This document shows positions 20,479 through 30,314 of a DNA stretch of 49,593 nucleotides, in pieces. The stretch's first letter is position 1. Each line of letters opens with the position of its first letter. This DNA comes from a virus. Lineage: Duplodnaviria > Caudoviricetes. The DNA lies in IMG/VR virus record IMGVR_UViG_3300025518_000002, positions 1 through 49,593 of that record; one strand, given 5' to 3'. A model generated the notes under the pieces. The model was not told the origin of the DNA. It did no database searches and worked only from the letters and a program-made list of their open reading frames with translations. The translations under genes were made by a program, and so were the position numbers.

Positions 20479-20527
20479 AAAAACCAGTTTCTCGCGTCCA
20501 TCAATTATCGCGAGAAACTAGTTTTTT
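20479..20527 (-). terminator. Intrinsic terminator after the capsid candidate
   Basis: AGTTTCTCGCG / CGCGAGAAACT stem flanked by A/T tracts on both sides. Confidence 0.75.
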
Positions 20528-20538
20528 AATTCAACGTA

Positions 20539-21075
20539 TCACTGTCCGCAGATCGCAAGCTCTTTGCCTAGAATAAGCATCGAGAAGAATGCAGCGGCGC
20601 CAGAAACGTTCTTAACGCTTACTGTAAGCGGTAAGCTCGGGAAGAATACGCTACCGCAACCAAGGCTTACACCGGGACCCTGCGAGGTAAAGCTCTCTAG
20701 AGGCCACGGGTTAGTCTCGATATAGTCAACGCGACAAACCTTGATCGAGGTAACCTCGAAAAGCGACGCGAAGCTTTCGGGAACGTTGAATACACGATTC
20801 TGGTCGTCACCAAGCTTATACGGACCGCAAGGTGTCACTGTAAATGCAGTTGTCGCACCGGCAGCGACCGATGTCCGAGGAATCGAAAGTGGACGCATAC
20901 ACGCCTGCGACCAGTCATAAGCGTTACAGGCTGCCCCTCCGCTAACAGCATCATTAGGATTCGCTGCACCAACGCGAGTGCGTACACCTTCCTTGCGACC
21001 AACCTTAACGTCGGTCCGAACACGCATATCACTACGACCAACACGAACTACAGCAGATGTTCCGAACATTGTCAT
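20539..21075 (-). CDS. Putative major capsid protein, single jelly-roll-like
   Basis: ~120-aa all-beta C-terminal domain (SVAAGATTAFTVTP...FEVTSIKV...LTVSVKNVSGAAAFFSMLILG); Arg-rich N-arm; GC-richer codons; AAGGAG SD (best spaced to ATG 21069); strong terminator. Confidence 0.55.
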   Translation of the reverse strand: MTMFGTSAVVRVGRSDMRVRTDVKVGRKEGVRTRVGAANPNDAVSGGAACNAYDWSQACMRPLSIPRTSVAAGATTAFTVTPCGPYKLGDDQNRVFNVPESFASLFEVTSIKVCRVDYIETNPWPLESFTSQGPGVSLGCGSVFFPSLPLTVSVKNVSGAAAFFSMLILGKELAICGQ

Positions 21076-21093
21076 TCTCCTTTTAAGACCTTA

Positions 21094-21651
21094 TCAAACT
21101 TCGCCAGCGTAGATATCGAATCCAGATCCACGAGTTGAAGCTTCACGAGCAGGACGCTCATGCTTTACACGCTTATCGCCTTCAATTTGGTTGTGAGGAT
21201 TATCGTTTTCATAATCCCAACCTTTAGTTGTTGAAGTCGATTCGGCCTTCGCTTTAGTAGCACCCCAAATCGTACCCTGGACAGCGCTCCAATGACAAAG
21301 TAAGCCGGTAGAAGCTCCACCAATTACAGCGGTAGCTTTATCAAACTTACCTCGATACATACGCATGAATTCCCAACCACCAAGAACTAGGCCGGCAATA
21401 AGATCTCCGCCGGCAAAGTTCTTAATTTCAGGAAGACCCTTATATGCACTCATTCCGCCTGTTACGCCGGAAACGACTACAGCAACACCTTTGTGAATTA
21501 CAGCATTCATAACCATTGATTTAGAATGCGATTCACCGTCTGCTCGATTTAATGTCGAACGGACCGGAGTATAACCTCCATATCCGTAACTAGCTGGACG
21601 AGATAATGTCTTAAAATTCCACATTGAACGCTCCTTAAAAACTGTATACAA
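21094..21651 (-). CDS. Gly/Ala-rich membrane protein preceding the capsid candidate
   Basis: Three Gly-rich hydrophobic segments; AAGGAG before MWNFK. Confidence 0.6.
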   Translation of the reverse strand: MYTVFKERSMWNFKTLSRPASYGYGGYTPVRSTLNRADGESHSKSMVMNAVIHKGVAVVVSGVTGGMSAYKGLPEIKNFAGGDLIAGLVLGGWEFMRMYRGKFDKATAVIGGASTGLLCHWSAVQGTIWGATKAKAESTSTTKGWDYENDNPHNQIEGDKRVKHERPAREASTRGSGFDIYAGEV

Positions 21652-21734
21652 ACGAATTTTTCAATCGTTGTATCGCAACTATAGGATCGCTCTTGATTGG
21701 CAATGATGCCATGTTTGTATGCGCAAAAATAGCG

Positions 21735-22043
21735 TTACGCATTATCAACATTTATTTTCATTTCACTATTAAGCAATCTAATTTGTTTTGCTATTTCACG
21801 ACATTTATCGCAATCGTATTTCTTTGGTCTACCACGTTTATTAAACATTTTAACAGGAAAAACCTTACCATCTACAGGACACGTAATTCCTGTTATGATG
21901 TAAGGTTTTGCCTTTAACTTATTTTTAGATCGTTGCATCCTAACTCTATTTAACGATCCATGTTCTTTACAGCAAAAACGTTTTTTTGGATTAGACGAGA
22001 CATCTATTAATACATCACAATCGTCTAATTCACATATTCGCAT
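21735..22043 (-). CDS. Zn-finger protein (CGNR-like), possible late-gene regulator
   Basis: CELDDC...SSNPKKRFCCKEHGSLNRVRMQR; second finger CPVD...GRPKKYDCDKC. Confidence 0.55.
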   Translation of the reverse strand: MRICELDDCDVLIDVSSNPKKRFCCKEHGSLNRVRMQRSKNKLKAKPYIITGITCPVDGKVFPVKMFNKRGRPKKYDCDKCREIAKQIRLLNSEMKINVDNA

Positions 22044-22046
22044 CTA

Positions 22047-22529
22047 TCACATTCCACGATTTGGAATTAAGATATTTGCGTTAGTTGCTCTAATAACAAT
22101 ATCAGCAGCTTTATCGGCAGCATTAACAGTTAATCGTAATCGTTCTACATCATCTCTATGAAAATCGCTTAAAAACGATAAACTAGTTAAGCTTGCGTAA
22201 ACAGGAAATTCGTGAAGTAACTCTAATCCAATTTCATGCTTACCAACAGTAGCTATAGCTCCTGTATTCCAACCTCCAGTATGCTTACCACGAGCATCCA
22301 TTTCAGGCATTGGAAATTGTAATTGCTTAAGTATATATCGCTTTTTTAGAGTTACGCATACACACTTATTTGTCGCCAATTCATTTTTTAGATCTTGTTC
22401 AGATTGACTTTCCTCAACTAATGCAATGATATCGCAACCACCAAGCATAGCTAAAATCCAAACTCCTTTGCTAAAAGGATTTGGATTGTTTGGATTATTT
22501 GAATTAGATAAATTTGATACGTTACTCAT
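22047..22529 (-). CDS. Hypothetical protein
   Basis: 160-aa ORF. Confidence 0.6.
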   Translation of the reverse strand: MSNVSNLSNSNNPNNPNPFSKGVWILAMLGGCDIIALVEESQSEQDLKNELATNKCVCVTLKKRYILKQLQFPMPEMDARGKHTGGWNTGAIATVGKHEIGLELLHEFPVYASLTSLSFLSDFHRDDVERLRLTVNAADKAADIVIRATNANILIPNRGM

Positions 22530-22876
22530 GATATAACATCCTTAATATTTTCCGTATCATCGTAAGATGCTGCTACACCTTGCGAATCAAAGAATTGATC
22601 ACTAACAAATATATTGTCGTTCTGAACACCATTAACAAATGTTAGTTGATCAATTTCATCTTCATCATTATCATAATCATCATCGTTATCAACTTCTTCA
22701 CCAACATCTGATTTTATGATGTTCGACCGAACATCTGTATTTACTCCTCAACCAACTCTAATATTGCAAATATTTTGATCATGATCTTCATGACCAGAAA
22801 TACAGTCATTCAAGTCACAATCAACAATTGTATCTTCATTATCATTTTCGTCATCTATGTAAAAGTCTATTGACAT
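22526..22876 (-). CDS. Acidic protein interrupted by an in-frame TGA (readthrough, split gene or mutation)
   Basis: Manual translation: D/E-rich on both sides of the TGA at 22748-22750; final TGA overlaps the next ATG (ATGA). Confidence 0.55.
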
Positions 22877-22884
22877 AAGAGCTT

Positions 22885-23718
22885 TTAACCTCCAACACCA
22901 CGAAGCGTTTCTAACGATATTAATCGAGGTATAGTCGGATTTTTCGGATCAGGGTCATACATAATTGACAATCCGTATTCTTTACCACCATCTCCAGTTT
23001 CAAATATATGAAGCTTATCTCCAGGTTCAGCTATACGAACCTTACCTGTTACATTATCAACAGTAGTTGGAGCGGCCCAAAGTACCGGACGTCCTTCTGG
23101 ACCCTTAGCTAGACCAATCATTGGAGCCCATGCTATACCAGCATGAACTACAACTCTTGCTCCTTCTGGTAGAGATACAACTCGACCATTTCGATTACGT
23201 CCAAACGCAGGACCAACAATGATAAATACTATCATTGTAGGACGACCTTCGCGTTCTATTACACGATCTGGAACACCATGTAACGGACGTCCGCCCCAAA
23301 TCTCAGGAGACCAAGTATATAAACCTTCTGGAGTTTCTAGATATCCAGGAGGCGGAAAAACTGTAGTCTGTTTAGCGATAGGAGTTAATTGATCAACTAC
23401 CTTTTCAACTTTTTCTGTTACAGTAGTTTCGACCTTAGTTTGTTGATTTACATTGACTACATTATCAACATGCTTTTCTAAATTTTCTAGTTCTACTTTT
23501 TCATCCTTAACTTCATCTTTGATACCGCCATCTATACCATCAGCAAGCTTCATCATTTTTTCGTAAGACTCTTTTGCTGCTTCACGAATCTTTACTGGAT
23601 CATTATTAAATGTCATTAGAAGCATAGTATTAGCTTCTTCTTCTGATGTAGGAAAACCATCAGGAACGGAATGACCATTAACATTAGATGTATTTGGATT
23701 CATAGGAACATTGCTCAT
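22885..23718 (-). CDS. Hypothetical protein
   Basis: 277-aa ORF, ATGA-coupled to recD2. Confidence 0.6.
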   Translation of the reverse strand: MSNVPMNPNTSNVNGHSVPDGFPTSEEEANTMLLMTFNNDPVKIREAAKESYEKMMKLADGIDGGIKDEVKDEKVELENLEKHVDNVVNVNQQTKVETTVTEKVEKVVDQLTPIAKQTTVFPPPGYLETPEGLYTWSPEIWGGRPLHGVPDRVIEREGRPTMIVFIIVGPAFGRNRNGRVVSLPEGARVVVHAGIAWAPMIGLAKGPEGRPVLWAAPTTVDNVTGKVRIAEPGDKLHIFETGDGGKEYGLSIMYDPDPKNPTIPRLISLETLRGVGG

Positions 23719-26021
23719 TGAAATAAATTCTCCAACATCAACTTCAAATTAGTTTTACGGCTATCGTCTTTGTTGTTTTTAGCTGCGATAGTTATAGCGC
23801 GTTCAGAGCCTACCATTATACAGGCACGCTTGGCACGTGTCATTGCTGTATATAGTAATGTTCTAGTAAGCATTATATAATGAGATTCAACTAGAACAAT
23901 TATCACAACAGGAGCTTCGCAACCTTGAATAGAATGAATAGTTCCACAATACGAAAGAACCAATTGTGAAAGCTGGTCTCTAGTGTAATCAACTATTCCA
24001 ACACCTTCAAAGTCTACTTTTATAATTGTGTCATCTTTTAGTGAATTTCGGTCTTCAACAAATACAATTCTTCCTACATCACCATTAACAATTAATCGCT
24101 TATAATCATTTTTAGTTTGCCGAACTTTATCACCAATTCTAAATATACGTTCGTTTTCTTTGTTTCCGTATAGTATCTCTTTTTTATCGTCAGATGCAGG
24201 ATTTAGTTTATCCTGTATTTCTTTATTAAGCTGATTTACTCCAGCAAATCCTTTTCGCATAGGAGACAGACAAACAATATCTGTTGGATCTATACCTAAT
24301 TCTTCTTTAGCACTCATTAGAATACTAATTACAACATTTGCTGCATCTTGTGCAGTTACTTTAACTTGATGTAAGCAACCGGATGCTCTATCTCCTGGAG
24401 TTGAAATCCTTGGAGATATACCTTTTAGAACAGAATGTGATCCAACTACAATTGCACTTCCTTCAGATTGTCGATGAATCTTATTCAATCTAGATACATG
24501 TATTTTATCACTATTAATTATATCTCTAAATGGGCAACCTGGACCAACAGGAGGTAATTGGTCTTTATCACCAACAAGAATAAGTCTACATCCATTACGA
24601 ATTGATTCTATAAATTTAGACATCAATTCAACATCACACATACTCATCTCATCAGCAAGGATCAAATCTGCATCAATAGTATTATCTCTATCTCGTACAA
24701 ATTTCCCACCATAATTAGGTTCAAGTAATCTATGGATAGTTGTAGCTTCCAATCCTGTAGATTCACTGAGTCGTTTTGCTGCTCTAGCTGTAGGAGCACA
24801 AAGCTTAACTATCAATCCATTGAATGTTGCTATATCAACAATAGTCTTACATGTTGTAGTTTTACCAACACCCGGACCACCAGTAATTACAATTAAACCT
24901 TTTTCTATAGCAGCATTAACCGCAACATCTTGTTCTTCAGTTAGCTGCACCGATCGGGCGCCGTCAGTAGGGTCCGTTGCGGCCGATTGCGCCCGCTGGG
25001 AGGGGTCGCCACGGGCCGCCAGATCCATAGGTGCACCATCCGCCACGGACCGCGCTAGTCGCGCTAGATCGGCCGCTATTCGCTCCTCGCATTCCATTAG
25101 ATATTTAAGCGAATAAGCATCTTCTGAAACGCAAACTACTAGTTCTTTTTCAATCAACCTTTTTACAGAATTTGCAGTTTCAATAGATGGGTTTTCAACA
25201 AAGAATCTAGGTGGACTTCTTTTTACAAATAGATTGCAAAGTGATTTGTATATTCCACGAATTGAATTGCATGTATGTCCAGAATCTAACGAATCTTCTT
25301 GCAAAACATGTAATGTTGCAGCATCAAGTCTTTTTTCTGAATTAATATCTACGCTACCAGATTCTATAGCTATATCATCTGCCGTAAGAAAACCAATACC
25401 TTCTACTTCAATTGGCATTCTATATGGATCATTTTTAACTACATAAGCAGATTTTGATCCGTATTTAGCTCTTATTTTATTTCGTATTCCTGGAGAAAGG
25501 TTTAATGATGCTAACTCAGCATCAACCTCTCTTTCGACTCTAGTATCCGTCCATTTTGTTTTAAGATCTGAAAACATTTCAACTGGTATTACCACTTGAT
25601 CGTTCCAATCTTCATTCTTATCCATTGCACTAATAAAACCTTCAACACCATCAAAGTGTTTTATCAGTTTTCTAGCTCTAGCTGGACCTAAACCTCTCAC
25701 TAATCCACATAACGATTCAACCATACCATCTTCAGTAACAGAGTTTTCGAATGTTATTAATTCAGCAGCAAATTGACTACCATACTTTGTCTGCTCATAT
25801 TTACCAACAACTCTAACATTTTCACCATTTCTAAAAGATGTTGATTTGCCTGTTACAGTAACAATAGATCCATCGTTAGACTCTATTCTAAAAACTCTAA
25901 ATAATGTATCTTCATTAGAATATTTTATTCCAATAACTTTACCAGTTATAACAACTTTATTGTTTTCTTCTTCTTTTTTATCTGTATGAATGTTCATTCG
26001 TGTATGCACCTTACGTGCCAA
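23715..26021 (-). CDS. recD2: RecD2-like SF1B helicase
   Basis: N-terminal OB/HhH-like region (GIGFLTADDIA); Walker A GGPGVGKTT; APTARAA; DEMSM; LVGDKDQLPPVGPG; TIHSIQG; LLYTAMTRAK. True start may be ATG 25997. Confidence 0.92.
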   Translation of the reverse strand: MARKVHTRMNIHTDKKEEENNKVVITGKVIGIKYSNEDTLFRVFRIESNDGSIVTVTGKSTSFRNGENVRVVGKYEQTKYGSQFAAELITFENSVTEDGMVESLCGLVRGLGPARARKLIKHFDGVEGFISAMDKNEDWNDQVVIPVEMFSDLKTKWTDTRVEREVDAELASLNLSPGIRNKIRAKYGSKSAYVVKNDPYRMPIEVEGIGFLTADDIAIESGSVDINSEKRLDAATLHVLQEDSLDSGHTCNSIRGIYKSLCNLFVKRSPPRFFVENPSIETANSVKRLIEKELVVCVSEDAYSLKYLMECEERIAADLARLARSVADGAPMDLAARGDPSQRAQSAATDPTDGARSVQLTEEQDVAVNAAIEKGLIVITGGPGVGKTTTCKTIVDIATFNGLIVKLCAPTARAAKRLSESTGLEATTIHRLLEPNYGGKFVRDRDNTIDADLILADEMSMCDVELMSKFIESIRNGCRLILVGDKDQLPPVGPGCPFRDIINSDKIHVSRLNKIHRQSEGSAIVVGSHSVLKGISPRISTPGDRASGCLHQVKVTAQDAANVVISILMSAKEELGIDPTDIVCLSPMRKGFAGVNQLNKEIQDKLNPASDDKKEILYGNKENERIFRIGDKVRQTKNDYKRLIVNGDVGRIVFVEDRNSLKDDTIIKVDFEGVGIVDYTRDQLSQLVLSYCGTIHSIQGCEAPVVIIVLVESHYIMLTRTLLYTAMTRAKRACIMVGSERAITIAAKNNKDDSRKTNLKLMLENLFQ
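26005..26020 (-). promoter_or_regulatory. Sigma-54-like -24/-12 box upstream of recD2
   Basis: TGGCACGTAAGGTGCA (GG-N10-GC), 7 nt before ATG 25997. Confidence 0.45.
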
Positions 26022-26029
26022 TTTGATAT

Positions 26030-26320
26030 GTATAATCTGGATAAAACTGCGGGGTGCTATCGTCTAAGTACCTGATATAACAGTGGTTAGCCATGGTTAG
26101 CCAGACCGTTTCGTTTGCAATAACGGGTACTTCCCTACCTTCCTATCTAATATATATATATATATATATAAGACGTTTCCCCTACGCTGCGTGTACCCGC
26201 TGCCAGGATGGACAGGTAGGCAACACCGCGAAATCACTATGCTTTTAGCCCGCCAACCCCCGATTTGGCTCCTGTAATTTCGGGCACTTGCACGATTCAG
26301 ACTCGAATTTCTATCCATTT
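26030..26320. other. Candidate replication origin
   Basis: Non-coding, directly downstream of the VapE helicase; (TA)10 at 26151-26170 inside GC-richer flanks with repeated TTCCC(C)TAC. Confidence 0.45.
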
Positions 26321-27955
26321 TTACCTCCCCACACCTGGTGGATAGTACGGATAAATTCGCCCAGCTGGACCCGACCGTCTGTCGCCTTTAGTCCAATAAA
26401 AACGCGAGGTTAGGATTTCAGCTACTCTCATTTGATCAGATTTTTCTGCTCTTCCAGGTTTTATTTTTAATGCATACCAAAGAATTTCGGATACAGTAAC
26501 ATATCCTTGTTTTAGAACCTTACTCTCGTTTTTAGCTAACCAATTTGAGATGTCTTCCTCCCATGAGTCAGACATATACCGTTTCTCTTGCTCTTTACGA
26601 GCTATATTCTCATCTTCGTCATCTAACCACCACTTATGTTCATCATAACCATTTTTATATAATCGATAACAATTTAATGCTTCAGCAATTAATTGATCTC
26701 TATACTTAGAAATCAAATCTAAATCTATTTTATCTGCAACTTTACACGGCCAAGAACGTCTATCTCCTGTAGGATCCTTTAGATAGACATCTTGGTTTGT
26801 AGTTGATACGAAAACATTAGTTCTAGGTTGGTGTATTTTTCTCCTTACATTTTTAGGTGAGTAGTCATCAATTTTTCTAGACAAAAATGCTTTAGATTTT
26901 TCATTTGAGAATGCTTTATATAATACCATTTCTGGCAATTCATACATCCACACTCCAACCAATTGTGCTGGCGAGAATGTACTATTCAAATCTATTTCTG
27001 AATCGCAGTAGTTTCTAGATCCTGCTAATATTTCTATTACAGAAGATTTACGTGCGCTAGTTTTACCTTCTAGTACTAAAACATGATCAACCTTGCATCC
27101 AGGTTCCATAGCTCTAGCAACTGCGCTAATAAGAAAACGTTTTCCTATCTCTCTATGATATCGACTATCTTCTGCACCTAAAAATATGCATACCCAATTA
27201 TCTAATCTAGGAATACCATCCCAATCAAACGATTGTATTTCAGCTTGAAGTGAATTATAGCTATTATCATGACCAATAACAGCAAATACTTCTTCAAGCA
27301 ATCCTGTCGCATATGAACATCCAAATTTATCTGATAACCAACATTTAGCTCTAGTTGTATCTATATCCTGCCAAGGAGTATTTGCTCCTCCCCAAGGTGC
27401 AGGATTTTGCTTCATTAATTCGTCTTTGAATGTATCATAACGAATTACGCCTTGCCAATCAGGATGTTCAGAAAAAACACGTCTTATATGCGTGTGAGTG
27501 ATATTTGCAAAGTTTGGTATCCAATGAGATACAGATAGATCGATATCCTTATTTATTAATACAACTTTTGAGCTTGTTAGTGGTTGCGATTGTGAAGATG
27601 GATAAGAAGAAAAAGATCCATCATTTTGTGATGAATCTCCATCTACGATTTCTTCAATCATAGTTTCGTCCCCATTGCTATCGGGGCTATTTGGCTGTAT
27701 ATACGTAATACCGGATCGGACGCCGCCACGTTCTGCTCCTAGAGACCCCGAAACGTTAGTCGCGTTTTCGGGGTTTCGTTTATTCTTAATATTTGAAATA
27801 TCAGATTCATTACTATCAACATTATCTTTAATGGATAATGAATCTGAAAACTGAAATTGACTAGAATCATGCGCCTTTTCTTGCTGCGCGTCAAGGACTG
27901 ATTTTAAGATCTTCTGCATTTGCAGACGACGACGTTCAGATTGATCGTCAGACAT
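26321..27955 (-). CDS. VapE/virulence-associated E family SF3-like helicase with C-terminal winged helix
   Basis: WDGIPRLD, AVARAMEPGCKVDHVLVLEGKTSARKSS, STTN, YLKDPTGDRRSWP, RDQLIAEA. Confidence 0.9.
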   Translation of the reverse strand: MSDDQSERRRLQMQKILKSVLDAQQEKAHDSSQFQFSDSLSIKDNVDSNESDISNIKNKRNPENATNVSGSLGAERGGVRSGITYIQPNSPDSNGDETMIEEIVDGDSSQNDGSFSSYPSSQSQPLTSSKVVLINKDIDLSVSHWIPNFANITHTHIRRVFSEHPDWQGVIRYDTFKDELMKQNPAPWGGANTPWQDIDTTRAKCWLSDKFGCSYATGLLEEVFAVIGHDNSYNSLQAEIQSFDWDGIPRLDNWVCIFLGAEDSRYHREIGKRFLISAVARAMEPGCKVDHVLVLEGKTSARKSSVIEILAGSRNYCDSEIDLNSTFSPAQLVGVWMYELPEMVLYKAFSNEKSKAFLSRKIDDYSPKNVRRKIHQPRTNVFVSTTNQDVYLKDPTGDRRSWPCKVADKIDLDLISKYRDQLIAEALNCYRLYKNGYDEHKWWLDDEDENIARKEQEKRYMSDSWEEDISNWLAKNESKVLKQGYVTVSEILWYALKIKPGRAEKSDQMRVAEILTSRFYWTKGDRRSGPAGRIYPYYPPGVGR

Positions 27956-28031
27956 AAATTAGCGCTTATCTATTTTATGAAGTTCTACAGGTTTATTAGC
28001 TTAACACAACTCTATAAAAGGAATGTTGTTT

Positions 28032-28856
28032 TCAAAACAAAGATCCTTGTCCGTTACCACCTTTTTTATCATTTTTTTTATCACTTGACTTTTTCTGGTT
28101 TTTCTTATCTTTCTGATTTTCAATATTTTTACGATCCTGGATTCTAGATGAACAGGACAAATCGGATTCTTTAGACAATTCACCAACATACTTCGCACCG
28201 TACATCGGTAGAATATCTCTAGCTAATATAGTACGATGACATTTTTCATGATCAGTACAATAACAAGTTAAAACTATACGATCTTTTGAAAGCATTAAAA
28301 ACCAAGCTGCGTTGTTTTCAACGTAGCTTTTTTTCATTTCTTCTACGTAAAGAAGCTTGAATGTATCAAAGTCTATTTGGTTTTCCTTAGATTTATTTAT
28401 AATATCCCAAGAAGGTGCAAAATTTAGTCCGAATCTGTTTGCTGATTTCCTAGTTACATCCTGTTTGTCTTTGTCTTGCGAATCTATTCGATCTGTATAG
28501 ATTGTTAGTTTCGTATCTACACTAGTATCTATTTTATTGTTTGTATTGGATGATTTTGGTTGATATCTTTGATCGTACTTTTGAATACGTTTTACGAATT
28601 TAGCTAGAGATTTGATATCTATTTTTTTATCACTTACTTCTTTTGAATCGTAATCTTCTGAAGTTGTATTAAATCTCTCGAATTGTTGGTCACCATCAAG
28701 TAACCTCTCTTGATTATTTTTGAATAATAAATTTTCGGAATAAGCGCAAATAATGCACTTGATTGGTGTATTGTTAATGAAAAATGGTATTTCATGAGGT
28801 TGTATAGTTATATTGGAGTTGTATGTCCATTTACCATCTAGACACTTGTGCCACAT
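28032..28856 (-). CDS. DUF488-like protein
   Basis: FAPSWD...YVEEM...VLTCYC...CHRTILA. Confidence 0.65.
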   Translation of the reverse strand: MWHKCLDGKWTYNSNITIQPHEIPFFINNTPIKCIICAYSENLLFKNNQERLLDGDQQFERFNTTSEDYDSKEVSDKKIDIKSLAKFVKRIQKYDQRYQPKSSNTNNKIDTSVDTKLTIYTDRIDSQDKDKQDVTRKSANRFGLNFAPSWDIINKSKENQIDFDTFKLLYVEEMKKSYVENNAAWFLMLSKDRIVLTCYCTDHEKCHRTILARDILPMYGAKYVGELSKESDLSCSSRIQDRKNIENQKDKKNQKKSSDKKNDKKGGNGQGSLF

Positions 28857-29048
28857 TCACTTTTCAAACTTAAATGCAATTATGTTATCATACTTTGTAA
28901 CGATTTTTTTATTTTCACCTTCTCCTCTACTTTTTCTTTCATCAGTATTAAAACTAACCATTGTTTCAGTTATCTTTTTGAAAGAATTCTTTTCTACAGG
29001 AATCCATCCACAAATTAAAAGAACATGTGAAAGTTTATCAAAATCCAT
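28857..29048 (-). CDS. Small hypothetical protein
   Basis: 63-aa ORF in operon. Confidence 0.5.
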   Translation of the reverse strand: MDFDKLSHVLLICGWIPVEKNSFKKITETMVSFNTDERKSRGEGENKKIVTKYDNIIAFKFEK

Positions 29049-29060
29049 ATTAAAAAACCT

Positions 29061-30128
29061 CTATTCTATAACTGTAAAGTCTACACCAGGAACCAACTGA
29101 ACATCACTTCTAAGCGAAATAGCATTTCCTTCTAAACTGTATACACGTTCATCTCCAGGTAATCCAAAATTAGGTTTATTTATTACTCCAAACATATCAA
29201 TAAATTTAGCTGATTGTTTTTCTCCAAACGGACGTAACGCTCGACCAACCATCTGCAAGTATGTTGATGGATTATTACAATTACGATTAAGTATAATTGT
29301 CTCTATCGACGGATCATCATATCCGTACGAAAGTAAATATACATTGCATAGAACTTTTATAGATCCATCCTTATGCATTTCAACACCAGAACGATCTCCT
29401 GCGTGAGCAAAATACGATGATATTCCACTCTCTCTAAATTCTTCAGATAGATCCTTTGCGTCTTCTACTGTAGAGCAAAATACAGCAGCTTTAGTATTGT
29501 TTGCATATTTAATATATGCATCAACTGGACTTTTGAAAACAGCAACGTAAGTAGATGTTGGTGAAAAAACATCACACTTACAAAGGTGATTTAATTCAAT
29601 CAATTCTTTTACAGATGGACCAACGATTAGCGCGTCTGCTAATCCAGACAATGGAGATCCGTCCTGTCTTGATGGTGTAGCTGTAAGAGATAGAACTTTT
29701 GCTCCTTGATCAATATAGTATTTTGCTACTTGATTCCATTCTGGAGTGCCGAAAAAGAATTGAGCTTCATCTAGAACTACAAATGATGCTCGAGGTCTAA
29801 ATTTACGACCACGATGCGATAACGATTGCACTGTAGATATATGAACACGAGGAAACATCGTTTGTTGTAGTTCAGTATCTTCGTCTACAGTAACAACATC
29901 AACATTAGTTGGAAAATATCGTTTAGCTTGTTCGACTAGTTCTTTTAGCGGAGCAAGCCAAACTACAGAAGATCCTTTATTCTCTAGAATGTGACGTAAT
30001 GCACAATTTACTCCAACTGTAGTTTTTCCTGCGCCAGTTGGAAGAACGCAGCATACAGATCGTTTACCTAATGAATATTCATTGAATATATCGTTGATAG
30101 CTTTTGATTGGTAGTTACGTAGTTTCAT
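29061..30128 (-). CDS. SF2 DEAD/DEAH-like helicase
   Basis: LRNYQ, PTGAGKT, DEAQ, LTATP, GYDDP, QMVGRALR. Confidence 0.92.
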   Translation of the reverse strand: MKLRNYQSKAINDIFNEYSLGKRSVCCVLPTGAGKTTVGVNCALRHILENKGSSVVWLAPLKELVEQAKRYFPTNVDVVTVDEDTELQQTMFPRVHISTVQSLSHRGRKFRPRASFVVLDEAQFFFGTPEWNQVAKYYIDQGAKVLSLTATPSRQDGSPLSGLADALIVGPSVKELIELNHLCKCDVFSPTSTYVAVFKSPVDAYIKYANNTKAAVFCSTVEDAKDLSEEFRESGISSYFAHAGDRSGVEMHKDGSIKVLCNVYLLSYGYDDPSIETIILNRNCNNPSTYLQMVGRALRPFGEKQSAKFIDMFGVINKPNFGLPGDERVYSLEGNAISLRSDVQLVPGVDFTVIE

Positions 30129-30140
30129 TTTTAAGGATTT

Positions 30141-30314
30141 TTAACTAGATTTATAAGATGAAGTTGGTAACATATCTGTATCTTGAGTATTAAACATTGA
30201 ACCAATTGTTGATATAACAGAGTCGATTTGTCCGATATAATCTTTCTCTAGATTGTATTTTTCAATAGTTTTCCACTTCGATACCTGATGAGAGAAAAAA
30301 TTACAAATTTCCAT
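30141..30314 (-). CDS. Small hypothetical protein
   Basis: Manual translation, 57 aa, MEICNFFSHQVSKW... Confidence 0.4.
   Translation of the reverse strand: MEICNFFSHQVSKWKTIEKYNLEKDYIGQIDSVISTIGSMFNTQDTDMLPTSSYKSS

Noticed and set aside
22748-22750. Genome-wide TGA recoding or selenocysteine
   Set aside because: TGA ends many genes normally (capsid candidate, recD2, ATGA overlaps); no suppressor tRNA or clear SECIS seen.
23831-23847. Sigma-54 box TGGCACGTGTCATTGC
   Set aside because: GG-to-GC spacing is 11 rather than 10, and it lies antisense within recD2.
26097-26318. 73-aa ORF across the candidate origin
   Set aside because: Runs through the (TA)10 tract (YIYIYI); looks non-coding.
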